DNA from: a virus
Taxonomy: Duplodnaviria > Caudoviricetes
Virus record (IMG/VR): IMGVR_UViG_3300020172_002489
Span: 1 to 54,960 of that record
Reading direction: 5' to 3' (one strand)
Length of the DNA stretch: 54,960 nt
Shown here: positions 29,574 through 39,784 of the stretch, one piece after another
How positions within the stretch are numbered: position 1 is the stretch's first letter
How the letters are laid out: each line of letters starts with the position of its first letter
Program-made: the position numbers and the translations under genes
Notes under the pieces: model-generated
Seen by the model: only the letters and a program-made list of their open reading frames with translations
What the model was told of the DNA's origin: nothing
The model's database searches: none

Positions 29574-29725
29574 TTTTTTATATATTTTTATATAAATATA
29601 TATCGTTTGAGAGAATCTCTCATACTTATACTAAGAAGGGGGGTAGGGGGGTAGTTAAAATAGTTATTAAACTATTAGTTTAAATAAGTATAAAAAAATA
29701 GTATATACTATAAGTTATTAATACT
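29574..29725. other. Palindrome-rich intergenic element with G6-TA-G6 tract
   Basis: TGAGAGA-A-TCTCTCA (29608-29622), GGGGGGTAGGGGGGTAG (29638-29654), TTAAACTA-T-TAGTTTAA (29667-29683), ATAGTATATACTAT (29698-29711). Confidence 0.7.
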
Positions 29726-30508
29726 ATGGGTAGCATTATTAATCTTAATATCGTAAAAGATTTTTTCACAAACAACCAAACTCAACAAAAGGATGTCGAT
29801 GGTGAGTCTTATGTCGAATTAAATCCTATTAAGTATCGTTGGACACATGGTGCAACTGATTTACATTTAGGTGATGGGTTATTAATTTATTCTACGATTC
29901 AATACATGAGGGCAAAGACTTGTGTTTGTTTGGGAAGTGGGGGTGGTTTCATTCCAAGAGTCATGTCTCAAGCAAGAATGGAATTACACGAACAAGAAAT
30001 TTTTACTGGTGATAAATTAATGGAATGGGGTGATATTGGAACAACCATTCTTGTAGATGCATCAAATGGAGTTGGTGGTCAAACTGATTGGGTAGATGAA
30101 GAATCATTTTTTAGACAACATTTTCCTTGTAGAATTATTTTAGATACAACTGAAAATGCATTTTACAATTATTTTGTAAAAGAAGATGTTAAAATTGATT
30201 ATTTACACATAGATGCTGGACATTCCTACGAAAATGTAAAACAAGATTTTGAACTATATTCACAACTTTTAAATCCGTGGGGTATAATTTCAATTCATGA
30301 TACTGATTTATCTTACGAGAAAGAGCATATTATTACTAATGATGTAAAATCAGAAAATCATCAAGAATATGCACATGGACCATCTCGGTTTGTTAAAGAA
30401 CTAAAACAAAATTCAGAGTGGGAGGTTTTTAATTTTTTTAATAATGGTATTTTAAGAACTAAACCAGCATCAACTGGTTTAACTTTTATTCAAAGATGCA
30501 AAAACTAA
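29726..30508 (+). CDS. Class I SAM-dependent methyltransferase (Methyltransf_24-like)
   Basis: CLGSGGGF, IDYLHIDAGHSYENVKQD and GIISIHDT. Confidence 0.85.
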   Translation: MGSIINLNIVKDFFTNNQTQQKDVDGESYVELNPIKYRWTHGATDLHLGDGLLIYSTIQYMRAKTCVCLGSGGGFIPRVMSQARMELHEQEIFTGDKLMEWGDIGTTILVDASNGVGGQTDWVDEESFFRQHFPCRIILDTTENAFYNYFVKEDVKIDYLHIDAGHSYENVKQDFELYSQLLNPWGIISIHDTDLSYEKEHIITNDVKSENHQEYAHGPSRFVKELKQNSEWEVFNFFNNGILRTKPASTGLTFIQRCKN

Positions 30509-31347
30509 ATTTGGTTAATGTTGTAGGCCATAATACTACAATGTTAAAACATATGTTAAATCACTATAACGATATGGTAGATGAAATATATGTAGTAGTT
30601 TATAGACAACACGAACTTGATGGTATTTTAGAAGAAATAGTTAATCTTGGCATAAAACCATATAAAGTTGTAACCGAACCAAAATTTAATTGGGAAAGGG
30701 TAACTGAACTATATAATGAAGTAAAACAAACAAAACCTAACGAATGGTGGGTAGTTTCCGATGATGATGAATTTCATATTTACCCCAAGCCAATCAGAGA
30801 AATGATTTCTGAATGTGAAGAAAATGGATGGGATTTTATTACTGGTGGATTTCTCGATAGGATAGGAGAGAATGGTAATTTTCCATTAGTTACACAACAA
30901 ACTGATATTTGGAATGAGTTTCCACTTGCCGGATTTTTTAGATTTCCAATGAGTGGGGCTTGTCCAAATAAAGTTTGTGTGATGAAAGGTTCGGTAAATG
31001 TAACACCTGGTCAACATTATGTAGATTTTGGGAATGGTAAAAACTCTTGGGGAAAAGAAAATATCAAACACCCAAAAAGATACCCAATTGGAAGAGGAGA
31101 GGGATTGATTCAGGTCCATCACTTTAAATGGGATTCTACCGTATTGGAACGATTAAAAGAAGTTTCTGAAACAAAAAAGGATTATACTTACTGGCAAGAA
31201 TACTTAAAAATGTTTAAATCAATCGAACTATTTGATTGGAAAATTGATATAAATAATCCCGAATTTATGTTTGAACGGATGAATTCAAAAAATCATTGGG
31301 GATATTCAAGGTGGGATAAGCTCACTAAAAAAATTGTACTAATTTAA
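30496..31347 (+). CDS. GT-A fold glycosyltransferase (GT2/GT92-like)
   Basis: WWVVSDDDEF DxD motif; GQH and VHHFKW. Confidence 0.75.
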   Translation: MQKLNLVNVVGHNTTMLKHMLNHYNDMVDEIYVVVYRQHELDGILEEIVNLGIKPYKVVTEPKFNWERVTELYNEVKQTKPNEWWVVSDDDEFHIYPKPIREMISECEENGWDFITGGFLDRIGENGNFPLVTQQTDIWNEFPLAGFFRFPMSGACPNKVCVMKGSVNVTPGQHYVDFGNGKNSWGKENIKHPKRYPIGRGEGLIQVHHFKWDSTVLERLKEVSETKKDYTYWQEYLKMFKSIELFDWKIDINNPEFMFERMNSKNHWGYSRWDKLTKKIVLI

Positions 31348-31354
31348 AAAATAA

Positions 31355-31366
31355 TATATTTATATA
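31355..31366 (+). promoter_or_regulatory. TATATTTATATA putative phage promoter motif
   Basis: Intergenic; upstream of ATG 31389. Confidence 0.6.
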
Positions 31367-31388
31367 TACGAATAAAAATAAAAAAGTT

Positions 31389-31592
31389 ATGGCTGTTACG
31401 AAAAAAATTGGTGATGAAAACCAACAAATTTTAGAAGAGAGAAAAGTTAAAGCATTAGAAAAAATTGCTAATTCTCTTGATGCATTAACCATTTGGTTTG
31501 AAGAAATTGATAAAGATACTTGGGGTCCAAGAATCGAATGGTATTTATCGTTGTGGAAAGATAAATATATCGATGGTGATTCTAAAAAATAA
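31389..31592 (+). CDS. Hypothetical protein
   Basis: 67-aa ORF downstream of the promoter motif. Confidence 0.65.
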   Translation: MAVTKKIGDENQQILEERKVKALEKIANSLDALTIWFEEIDKDTWGPRIEWYLSLWKDKYIDGDSKK

Positions 31593-31596
31593 TTAA

Positions 31597-33021
31597 ATGC
31601 ATAAATTAGGAATAATAGTTCCTTACCGAAATCGATTTGGTCACCTTCAAGAATTTAAAAAATCAATAGTTGAATATCTCGATTCAAATTCATATCAAAA
31701 TTATGTAATCATTATTGTAGAACAAGATGATGCAAAATTATTCAATCGTGGAATGCTACTAAATATCGGTTTCAAAGAAGCAAAGAAACAAGATTGTGGT
31801 TATGTAGCATTCCACGATGTGGATATGATACCTAAAAATGTAGATTATTCATATTCAGATAACCCACTTCATCTTTCTACTGATTTTATTTTGGAGGATG
31901 ACGAAAAACCAAGAACTATTTTTGATGAATATTTTGGTGGAGTAACCATGTTTCCAATCGATAAATTCGAAGAAATCGATGGATATTCAAACAAGTATTG
32001 GGGGTGGGGATATGAGGATGATGATTTAAGATTAAGATGTTCGGAAAAAGGAATTCCATTACAAACACTTAAAATTAAAAACTATAAATCAAACGGAAAA
32101 TCTTTAAAATTAAATGGTGTAAATGCTTTTGTTAAAGTAAAAAACACAATTGATTTCAGACAAAGTTTTTCAATTTTTATTTCTTTTTATCCTGATAAAT
32201 TATATCTCAATCATGAGAAATCTTCAGATGAATTTACGGTATTTAGTATTCCTGGTTATGATTTTGGTATAAGTTATACATCTTTTAATCGATATAATTT
32301 TTGTTGTTTTGATTCGAAATTAACACCATTATATGTAAATTCAAATATCAAACCAAACTACAAAACCAATATGGTAGTCAGTTTTGATTCTTTATCAAAT
32401 TTGATTAAAATTTATCAAGATGGTTCAGAAATTGGTCAACTAGAAAATTTTAAAAAACTTTACAAATATAACACAAAAGAATATTATTACTTGGGTGTAG
32501 GTGACCCAAATAGAGAAATCATACCAAACTTTTTTAAAGGATATATTGATGGTTTTGCACAATGGGATAAAGTTTTAACTGATACTGAAATTTTAGATAT
32601 ATCAAAAAACGAAACTAATTTATTAAATAAAAATTTTGGTAATTATAACTCAGCAAATTCGTTAAATACTTATTATGATTCTAATCACATAAAGTATTAC
32701 AAACTAACTGATTTATCAGGAAACGAAAATGATGGTGAAATTGTAAATTGTGAAATTGTAGATTTAGATATACCGAAATATACTGAAGTAAAAATCCCAT
32801 ATAGAAGAAATGGATTATTTAAATCTTTAAAACATGATGAAAATGGATTTGACGGGCAACGATGGAAAGACAAACACACTCGTTATAATCAATTAAGATT
32901 TGTAAACGAAGTATCGAATCACATATCGTTAATTAATAGAGATGGGTTATCTACTTTAAAATATCTTCTTTACGGTAAAACGGAATCTGATAATATAATA
33001 CACTTAAATGTGGGAATATAA
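31597..33021 (+). CDS. GT7 (beta-1,4-galactosyltransferase family) protein with inserted LamG/ConA-like domain
   Basis: IIVPYRNR, FNRGMLLNIGF, FHDVD, YFGGV, GYSNKYWGWGYEDDDL; LamG motif FKGYIDGFAQWDKVL; C-terminal DGLSTLKY. Confidence 0.88.
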   Translation: MHKLGIIVPYRNRFGHLQEFKKSIVEYLDSNSYQNYVIIIVEQDDAKLFNRGMLLNIGFKEAKKQDCGYVAFHDVDMIPKNVDYSYSDNPLHLSTDFILEDDEKPRTIFDEYFGGVTMFPIDKFEEIDGYSNKYWGWGYEDDDLRLRCSEKGIPLQTLKIKNYKSNGKSLKLNGVNAFVKVKNTIDFRQSFSIFISFYPDKLYLNHEKSSDEFTVFSIPGYDFGISYTSFNRYNFCCFDSKLTPLYVNSNIKPNYKTNMVVSFDSLSNLIKIYQDGSEIGQLENFKKLYKYNTKEYYYLGVGDPNREIIPNFFKGYIDGFAQWDKVLTDTEILDISKNETNLLNKNFGNYNSANSLNTYYDSNHIKYYKLTDLSGNENDGEIVNCEIVDLDIPKYTEVKIPYRRNGLFKSLKHDENGFDGQRWKDKHTRYNQLRFVNEVSNHISLINRDGLSTLKYLLYGKTESDNIIHLNVGI

Positions 33022-33035
33022 AAACATTTTATTAT

Positions 33036-33158
33036 ATGATATCATTTACAACAGAAGAATGTAAAAAAATAATTAAATTATCCTTACCACAAAGTTTAGA
33101 ACTTACACATATATGTATTTCAAAAACTACCATATCTAACACTAAAAGTTTACTATGA
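33036..33158 (+). pseudogene. 40-aa ORF, probable internally deleted 2OG-Fe(II) oxygenase remnant
   Basis: MISFTTEECKKIIKL...TKSLL*; its stop overlaps the next start (ATGA). FxxEECxxII is a typical N-terminal motif of these oxygenases. Confidence 0.4.
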
Positions 33159-34621
33159 AATTAGGAGTTTGTGTTCCGTATAGAAACCGAGAATCACACT
33201 TAAAAGAATTTATTCCACAAGTTGGTAAATATCTCGAAGAACAAGGAATTGATTATCAAATATATTTTGGTCACCAAGTTGATGACAAATTGTTTAATAG
33301 AGGTGCAATGAAAAACATTGCAGCAAAACAAGCATTCGAAGATGGATGTGATTATATAGTTTGGCATGACATTGATATGATACCCGAAGAAGGGTGTGAT
33401 TACTCGTTTCCTGATAAGAATCCAATTCATATTGCAACCAATATCTCACAAATGAATTATGAGTTAAAGTATGAAGAATACTTTGGTGGTGCAGTTATCT
33501 TTTCTAAAGAACAAGTGGAAAAAACCAATGGTTATTCAAATGATTATTGGGATTGGGGGATGGAAGATGATGACCTTTTTTGGAGATGTAATTTAGAAGG
33601 TTATGCAAATAATTCTTATATGGATTATACATCAGAACCACAATCTTTTTTACATTTTGATGGTTTTAATTCTCACATTAAAATTGATAAACATTCAACA
33701 CTTCGTAATGTAACATCTCGTTCCCATACTATTTCAGTTTTGGTTCGTGCAAATCAACAAGAAGAAAAAGTTCCTATTTGGTTAGTAGGTGATACTGAAA
33801 GGAGATTTTGTGAATATCCAATTATAAGAAGACCTGGATACGATTATGGAATCTCCTACAATAATTCTCGTGCATATACTGCACAACTTTGGGATAACGA
33901 GCAAAATCATTTATATCAATGGATGAAACGATACGAGAATCAATGGAGTTGGGTAACACTTTCAGTTGATACTTCAAATCAAAATATTCACTTTTATTTG
34001 AATGGAAAGGAATCCGATTCTCGTTGGGGAACTGGAACTCCGTCACCACTTCATTACGATAACAGATTAAAGAGTTATGGGTTAGATGATTGGTATATTG
34101 GTACAACTACTTCAGTAGGTAAGAAGGAGGTTAATAGATGGTTTAAGGGGGATATTGCAAAAGTAATGATTTGGAATAGAAACTTATCATCGGATGAAAT
34201 CCAAAATTTACATACAAATCCAACTCAAAATGGATTAGTTCTTCATTATGATTTCAATGATGAAAAACAAAAAAATTCTCCTTTTGTAGCAATTGATTTA
34301 AGTGGAAATGAAACACATGGTTCTATTAATAGATGTGAGGAAAAAAGTGAAGAAATCAAAATTCCATACACAATTATTCCACATAGAAAACCGGGTAAAT
34401 TGAGATGTTTACCACATAAAGATGAGGGGTTAATAAAAATAGATGGAGTTGATAAATGGGCAAAGGGTGAACCCACTGCAAGAAACGAAAGAAGATATGT
34501 TTTACAAATGCAACAAGGTGATTGGGATTACAAATCGGATGGGATTAATTCATTAAAATATGAACTAATTAGTATCGATGAATTGACACCTAAAGCAAAA
34601 ATGATAAATGTAAAATTGTAA
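33155..34621 (+). CDS. GT7 family protein with inserted LamG/ConA-like domain (paralog 2)
   Basis: VPYRNR, FNRG, WHDID, YFGG, GYSNDYWDWGMEDDDL; LamG motif FKGDIAKVMIWNRNLS; DGINSLKY. Confidence 0.88.
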   Translation: MKLGVCVPYRNRESHLKEFIPQVGKYLEEQGIDYQIYFGHQVDDKLFNRGAMKNIAAKQAFEDGCDYIVWHDIDMIPEEGCDYSFPDKNPIHIATNISQMNYELKYEEYFGGAVIFSKEQVEKTNGYSNDYWDWGMEDDDLFWRCNLEGYANNSYMDYTSEPQSFLHFDGFNSHIKIDKHSTLRNVTSRSHTISVLVRANQQEEKVPIWLVGDTERRFCEYPIIRRPGYDYGISYNNSRAYTAQLWDNEQNHLYQWMKRYENQWSWVTLSVDTSNQNIHFYLNGKESDSRWGTGTPSPLHYDNRLKSYGLDDWYIGTTTSVGKKEVNRWFKGDIAKVMIWNRNLSSDEIQNLHTNPTQNGLVLHYDFNDEKQKNSPFVAIDLSGNETHGSINRCEEKSEEIKIPYTIIPHRKPGKLRCLPHKDEGLIKIDGVDKWAKGEPTARNERRYVLQMQQGDWDYKSDGINSLKYELISIDELTPKAKMINVKL

Positions 34622-34644
34622 TATATATTAATAAATAAGAAGTT

Positions 34645-36102
34645 ATGGCTGAAGAAAATATAGAATTTCAGAAAGAAGAAAATAAAAAACTTAAAAAAAC
34701 ATTTGCGGGTGATAATCCATTTTATCTCGGTGTACGAGATGATTTAAATAAAATAGGACCAGGTATGTGTCTAGCAAAATGGACACAAGTAACTATGCAC
34801 TTACAACTCGGTCATACTCACTCATGTCACCACCCAAAAACTCATCCAATTTCACCATCGGAAATTAAAAGAAACCCATCTGCATTACATAACACTGCGT
34901 ATAAAAAACGAAGAAGAAAGGAAATGTTAGAAGGTAGTAGACCTGAAGAGTGTGATTATTGCTGGAATGTAGAAGATAATTCAGACAGATTTTCAGACAG
35001 AACATTCAAATCTTCTGAATCATGGTCTTTACCACATTATAAAGAAATTACCGAATTAAATTGGAGAGCCGATTACAATCCAAAATATGTAGAGGTTGCA
35101 TTCTCAAATGCTTGTAATTTTAAATGTTCTTATTGTGGCCCTGCTTTTTCTACTAAATGGATGGAAGAGATAGAAAAACATGGTGCATATCCTACAACTG
35201 ATCGATTTAATGATACTCGATATTTAGAAGAGGAAAATAAAAAACCATTTAAACAAACTGAATATAATCCTTATGTTGAGGCCTTTTGGAAATGGTGGCC
35301 TGATTTATATAAAGATTTACACACTTTTAGAATTACTGGTGGAGAACCTCTAATGTCAAAAGATACTTGGGATGTATTGGATTATATTATTGATAATCCT
35401 AATCCTAATAGAGGATTGAATTTAGCAATTAATTCAAATCTCGGTGTTCCTGATAAACTAATTGATAAGTTTATTGAAAAGATAAAAAGAATAACTGAAG
35501 AAAATCGAGTAAATGAATTTATAGTGTTTACATCATGTGATACATGGGGAGACCAAGCAGAATACATTAGAAATGGGTTAGTGTTTAATCAATTTTGGGA
35601 CAATGTAAACAAATTAATGAGCAATTGTCCAAGAGTTAATTTAACTTTTATGTCTACATATAATGCATTGTCAGTTCCAAACTACGATAAACTTATAGAA
35701 GGAGTATATCAACTTAAAAAAGATTACGGGTCAACTGATAGATATTGGGCATCTGCTGTATTTTTAGATACATCTTATTTGAGATATCCAACCCATCAGA
35801 CGGTACAAGTATTACCACAATCTTGGACAGAAAATATATTTAAACAAGCCCAACTTGCAGATTTTCTTTCTGTGCCTCTTTTTGAAAACAAATACATTGG
35901 GTATTCTGATATAGAAATTCAAAAAATCAAAAGAACATACGATTGGATGAAATCGGTAAAACAAGATGAAGAACTACTTAGAAAACAATATAATTTTGGT
36001 AAGTATTTCCAAGCACACGATGATAGACGAGGAACTAATTTTAAAAAAGTATTTCCTGAATTAGCAGAATTTTTTGAATGGACAAAAACAATTAATATAT
36101 GA
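34645..36102 (+). CDS. Radical SAM protein with N-terminal Twitch/SPASM-like domain
   Basis: CNFKCSYC and ITGGEP; N-terminal CLAKW...SCHH...CDYCW. Confidence 0.88.
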   Translation: MAEENIEFQKEENKKLKKTFAGDNPFYLGVRDDLNKIGPGMCLAKWTQVTMHLQLGHTHSCHHPKTHPISPSEIKRNPSALHNTAYKKRRRKEMLEGSRPEECDYCWNVEDNSDRFSDRTFKSSESWSLPHYKEITELNWRADYNPKYVEVAFSNACNFKCSYCGPAFSTKWMEEIEKHGAYPTTDRFNDTRYLEEENKKPFKQTEYNPYVEAFWKWWPDLYKDLHTFRITGGEPLMSKDTWDVLDYIIDNPNPNRGLNLAINSNLGVPDKLIDKFIEKIKRITEENRVNEFIVFTSCDTWGDQAEYIRNGLVFNQFWDNVNKLMSNCPRVNLTFMSTYNALSVPNYDKLIEGVYQLKKDYGSTDRYWASAVFLDTSYLRYPTHQTVQVLPQSWTENIFKQAQLADFLSVPLFENKYIGYSDIEIQKIKRTYDWMKSVKQDEELLRKQYNFGKYFQAHDDRRGTNFKKVFPELAEFFEWTKTINI

Positions 36103-36833
36103 GTAGTTTAAAATTTGAAGGTAATAATGCTTGGTTTGTAACTCCCGATAACAAATACGGATTAAGTAAATTTCCAATGAAAAACATAACCGAAAATGAT
36201 TTTTCTTTTTTAACATCTATACGAGTAAATTGGGATAAAATGAATCCAAATAATAATACACGAGAAGGTGGAGTTATTATAAAAAATGGATTACATTTAG
36301 GTTTGAGTGTAATTAAACCAGATAACGAGCATGTGTATATTAAAGGAACTATATGGACAATGGATGCGAGTTTAGGTTCAAATGCAATGAAAAATTATGA
36401 TATACTTGTAAAAGTTAATTGGGAAGATGGTGATTTGGATAAAGAATATAAAGTAGGATTTTCTTTTAAAAGAAAAGAAAAAGAATTTTCTGTATATTGT
36501 AATGGAACGTGGTTGACTGAAAAGTTTGAGGGGTCTTTAATTGATTATTCAAACGCTTGGTTATGGGTAGGAGCATCAAATCCATTAGAGAGTTGTCCAG
36601 AAGATTTTAGACAATTTTTTAATGGAGAAATGTATTATGCAGCTATTTTTTCAAAATTTTTAGATAGAAGTGAAATTGAAGAAATTTATAACGAACCCGA
36701 TGATGTATCTAAAAGATTGAAACCAACTTGTATTTTTAATTTTAAAAGACAAACTCCTTATAAAATATTAGATATATCGGAAGTAGGAAATAATTTAATT
36801 AGATTTGATAAAGAATGGATGGATTCGATTTAA
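36099..36833 (+). CDS. Stand-alone LamG/ConA-like domain protein
   Basis: SLKFEG, LWVGA, FNGEMYYAAIFSKFL and DISEVGN, resembling the inserts in the GT7 genes. Confidence 0.65.
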   Translation: MSSLKFEGNNAWFVTPDNKYGLSKFPMKNITENDFSFLTSIRVNWDKMNPNNNTREGGVIIKNGLHLGLSVIKPDNEHVYIKGTIWTMDASLGSNAMKNYDILVKVNWEDGDLDKEYKVGFSFKRKEKEFSVYCNGTWLTEKFEGSLIDYSNAWLWVGASNPLESCPEDFRQFFNGEMYYAAIFSKFLDRSEIEEIYNEPDDVSKRLKPTCIFNFKRQTPYKILDISEVGNNLIRFDKEWMDSI

Positions 36834-38251
36834 ATAAAATTCCAAAAACTTATTTTGTTTTAGAATTTAAAGGACCAGGTGGATATATTCCATTGGGGTA
36901 TACAAAATATACCTTACCTATTATGATGCAATATAAATTTAAAAATACAAAAGATGCAGATTTTACAGCATATCACGCATCTACATCAGAACCTGTAAAA
37001 TATTATTACAATAGGACTGCTGAATTTTCAAATCATGTGGTAAACCATACAAAAAATACTCAATTTGTGTTGACAAAGGATATTAAAAATAATATAAAAT
37101 CGCATAGTTTATATTTGGTAGTTCTTGAAAGTTTAAATGTTAATAATATGTTTGAATATTATTCATCGGATAAATTTAAAATGGAAGATTTTTTTTCGCC
37201 CGATTTATTGAATTTGATAAAAAATAATGTTAATTTTAAAATAGTTTTTATTGATGCAGGTGAAGGAGCTTACATGCATACTATGAGTTTGTTAGAAAAA
37301 ATACATTCCTTTTTAAAGAGAAATAATATAAATCATAAAAATAAAGTTTTCATATCTACCAATAATAACAATATAGTAGATTTAAAAAAAACAAATAGAT
37401 TTTTAAAATTTGAAAATCAAATTGATGTATTCCCAAATAATCATCTAATTACTGTTGCAGGAAAATTTATGAGTGATTTACGAGCAGGTATAAAAGTAGT
37501 CCAAGATGATGACGGTTATGATTATTCAATTCAAGATAAATTAAAATTTAATAAAAAAGAAAAAAAATTTTTAATGTATAATCGAAATTCCGAAAGAATA
37601 CACAGAGCATATTTTGTGAATTTGTTATACAAAAATAATTTATTAAATAAGGGATATGTATCTTTTTTAGAAAATCCAGATTTTGTAGATTTTTTATATA
37701 AAGACAAAGATTATCCCGAATTATTTTTAAGTGAATTGGATATTTTAGATATTCGTAATAACTACAAAAATTATTACCCATTAGTAATTGATGATTCTAA
37801 TGCTGATAGAGTATCTATATATCATAATTTTTTGAGTAGAAGAGACGAATATGAGAATTCATATTTTACAATAATATCAGAAACAAACGCTCAAACTTCT
37901 TATTCATTCCTAACAGAAAAAACAATAAAACCAATAATGAATCTACATCCATTTGTAGTATTAGGTAATCCAAACACATTGGATGTATTAAAATCATTTG
38001 GATTTAAAACTTTTGATAGATGGTGGGATGAATCGTATGATAGTGTTAAAAATTTTAAAGATAGAGCAAATAAATTATTAGATTTAGTAAATTTTTTATG
38101 TGAAAAAAGTGATGATGAGTGGATTTTAATGTTACAAGAAATGGAAGATATATTAATACATAATCAAAAATTACTACATAAATTATCTACTAATAAAATA
38201 GAAATTAAAAAATTTTTTAAAAAAATGTTAGAACAAACTCCATTAATATGA
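36815..38251 (+). CDS. Putative glycosyltransferase (GT10-like TEK family), paralog 2
   Basis: FLMYNR...HR, IISET, FLTEKTIKPI, PFVVLG and GFKTFDRWWDESYD. Confidence 0.55.
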   Translation: MDGFDLNKIPKTYFVLEFKGPGGYIPLGYTKYTLPIMMQYKFKNTKDADFTAYHASTSEPVKYYYNRTAEFSNHVVNHTKNTQFVLTKDIKNNIKSHSLYLVVLESLNVNNMFEYYSSDKFKMEDFFSPDLLNLIKNNVNFKIVFIDAGEGAYMHTMSLLEKIHSFLKRNNINHKNKVFISTNNNNIVDLKKTNRFLKFENQIDVFPNNHLITVAGKFMSDLRAGIKVVQDDDGYDYSIQDKLKFNKKEKKFLMYNRNSERIHRAYFVNLLYKNNLLNKGYVSFLENPDFVDFLYKDKDYPELFLSELDILDIRNNYKNYYPLVIDDSNADRVSIYHNFLSRRDEYENSYFTIISETNAQTSYSFLTEKTIKPIMNLHPFVVLGNPNTLDVLKSFGFKTFDRWWDESYDSVKNFKDRANKLLDLVNFLCEKSDDEWILMLQEMEDILIHNQKLLHKLSTNKIEIKKFFKKMLEQTPLI

Positions 38252-39216
38252 AACAAATTTTAATTACCGGAGGTGCAGGATACCTTGGTTCGGTTTTGGT
38301 AGATAGATTATTAAGTAGTGGTTATGAAGTAACTGTATTAGATAATTTGATGTATAATCAGACATCACTAATTCATTATTCTTATAATAAGAATTTCCAT
38401 TTTATTTATGGGGATGTCAGAGATACTACTTTACTAAAAAAACTTGTACCACTATTCAACATGGTTATTCCACTTGCAGCAATTGTAGGATTTCCTGCTT
38501 GTGATAGAGATAAAGTTCTTGCAACTGCAGTAAATTATCAACACGTTAAAGAAATATGTGATTTAGTTCGTGGTACAAATATAAAAGTAGTATATCCAAA
38601 CACAAATAGTGGGTACGGGATAGGAGAGAATGGTGAGTGTACTGAAGAAAGTCCACTTAACCCAATTTCCCACTATGGGGTAACCAAAGTACTTGCCGAG
38701 AGAGAGATATTGGCAGTAGGTGGCATTTCGGTAAGACTTGCCACCGTCTTTGGTTCATCTCCAAGAATGAGAATGGATTTATTAGTAAATGAATTTGTTT
38801 ACAAAGCATTAACTGATAAATACATTACTATTTTCGAGAAAAATTTTAAAAGAAATTATATTCACATTCGAGATGTTGCAAAAACTTTCCAATATATGTT
38901 GGAAAATTATCAAAAATTCTCGGGTGAAGTATTTAATGTAGGGCTAACATCTGCAAATTTAACAAAAGCTCAATTAGTAGAAAAAATCAAAGAATATGTT
39001 CCCGATTTTGCAATCACATATTCTGATTTTTATCAAGACCCCGATAAGAGAGATTACTTGGTTTCAAATGCCAAAATCGAATCTACTGGTTGGTCACCTG
39101 ATTGGAGTTTGGATGATGGTATCGAAGAACTTATCAAAACTTATACAATTTTAATACAAGATTTATCATCAAAATATAGGAATGGATTTCCTTTAGGTTA
39201 TGGGATTAGGACGTAG
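38248..39216 (+). CDS. NAD-dependent epimerase/dehydratase (extended SDR)
   Basis: ITGGAGYLG, YGVTK and RNYIHIRDVA. Confidence 0.9.
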   Translation: MKQILITGGAGYLGSVLVDRLLSSGYEVTVLDNLMYNQTSLIHYSYNKNFHFIYGDVRDTTLLKKLVPLFNMVIPLAAIVGFPACDRDKVLATAVNYQHVKEICDLVRGTNIKVVYPNTNSGYGIGENGECTEESPLNPISHYGVTKVLAEREILAVGGISVRLATVFGSSPRMRMDLLVNEFVYKALTDKYITIFEKNFKRNYIHIRDVAKTFQYMLENYQKFSGEVFNVGLTSANLTKAQLVEKIKEYVPDFAITYSDFYQDPDKRDYLVSNAKIESTGWSPDWSLDDGIEELIKTYTILIQDLSSKYRNGFPLGYGIRT

Positions 39217-39784
39217 TTTATTTTATAAAGAAAGAAGTTGGAATGATTTCCACTTTTATAATGGTTCGGTTTTACCACAAGTAAAAATCGTACAACCATC
39301 GATTTATCACGAAATTCGTGGTTCAATATCAACAACTTATCATTCAGATTATTACGATAGATTGTTGCCTGCTGCAGAAAGAAACGAAGGTCTTTCATTT
39401 AAACATGATAGATACTCCAAATCTAAAAAAGGTGTTCTTCGAGGATTACATTGGGATGAAAAAACTTGGAAAATGGTTTCGTGTCCACATGGTAGAATTT
39501 ATTTAGTAGTTTTGGATGTAAGAGAAAAAACTCCTGATTTTGGTAAATGGGAAACATTTATTCTCTCACCTGAAACTGGGACTCAAGTTTTAGTTCCACC
39601 TTATTTTGCCAATGGTCATTTTGTAATGGAAGATGATTCTATTTTTTCATATAAAATGGCGTATGAAGGTGAATATAATGATGAAAATAAACAACATACT
39701 ATTGTGTGGAACGATTCAAGATTTAATATAGATTGGCCAACTGATAATCCAATCTTATCTAAACGAGACAAATATGGAAATTAA
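39200..39784 (+). CDS. rmlC: dTDP-4-dehydrorhamnose 3,5-epimerase family
   Basis: SKKGVLRGLH, KMVSCPHGRIY..LDVR, PPYFANGH and IDWP...S.RD. Confidence 0.85.
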   Translation: MGLGRSLFYKERSWNDFHFYNGSVLPQVKIVQPSIYHEIRGSISTTYHSDYYDRLLPAAERNEGLSFKHDRYSKSKKGVLRGLHWDEKTWKMVSCPHGRIYLVVLDVREKTPDFGKWETFILSPETGTQVLVPPYFANGHFVMEDDSIFSYKMAYEGEYNDENKQHTIVWNDSRFNIDWPTDNPILSKRDKYGN

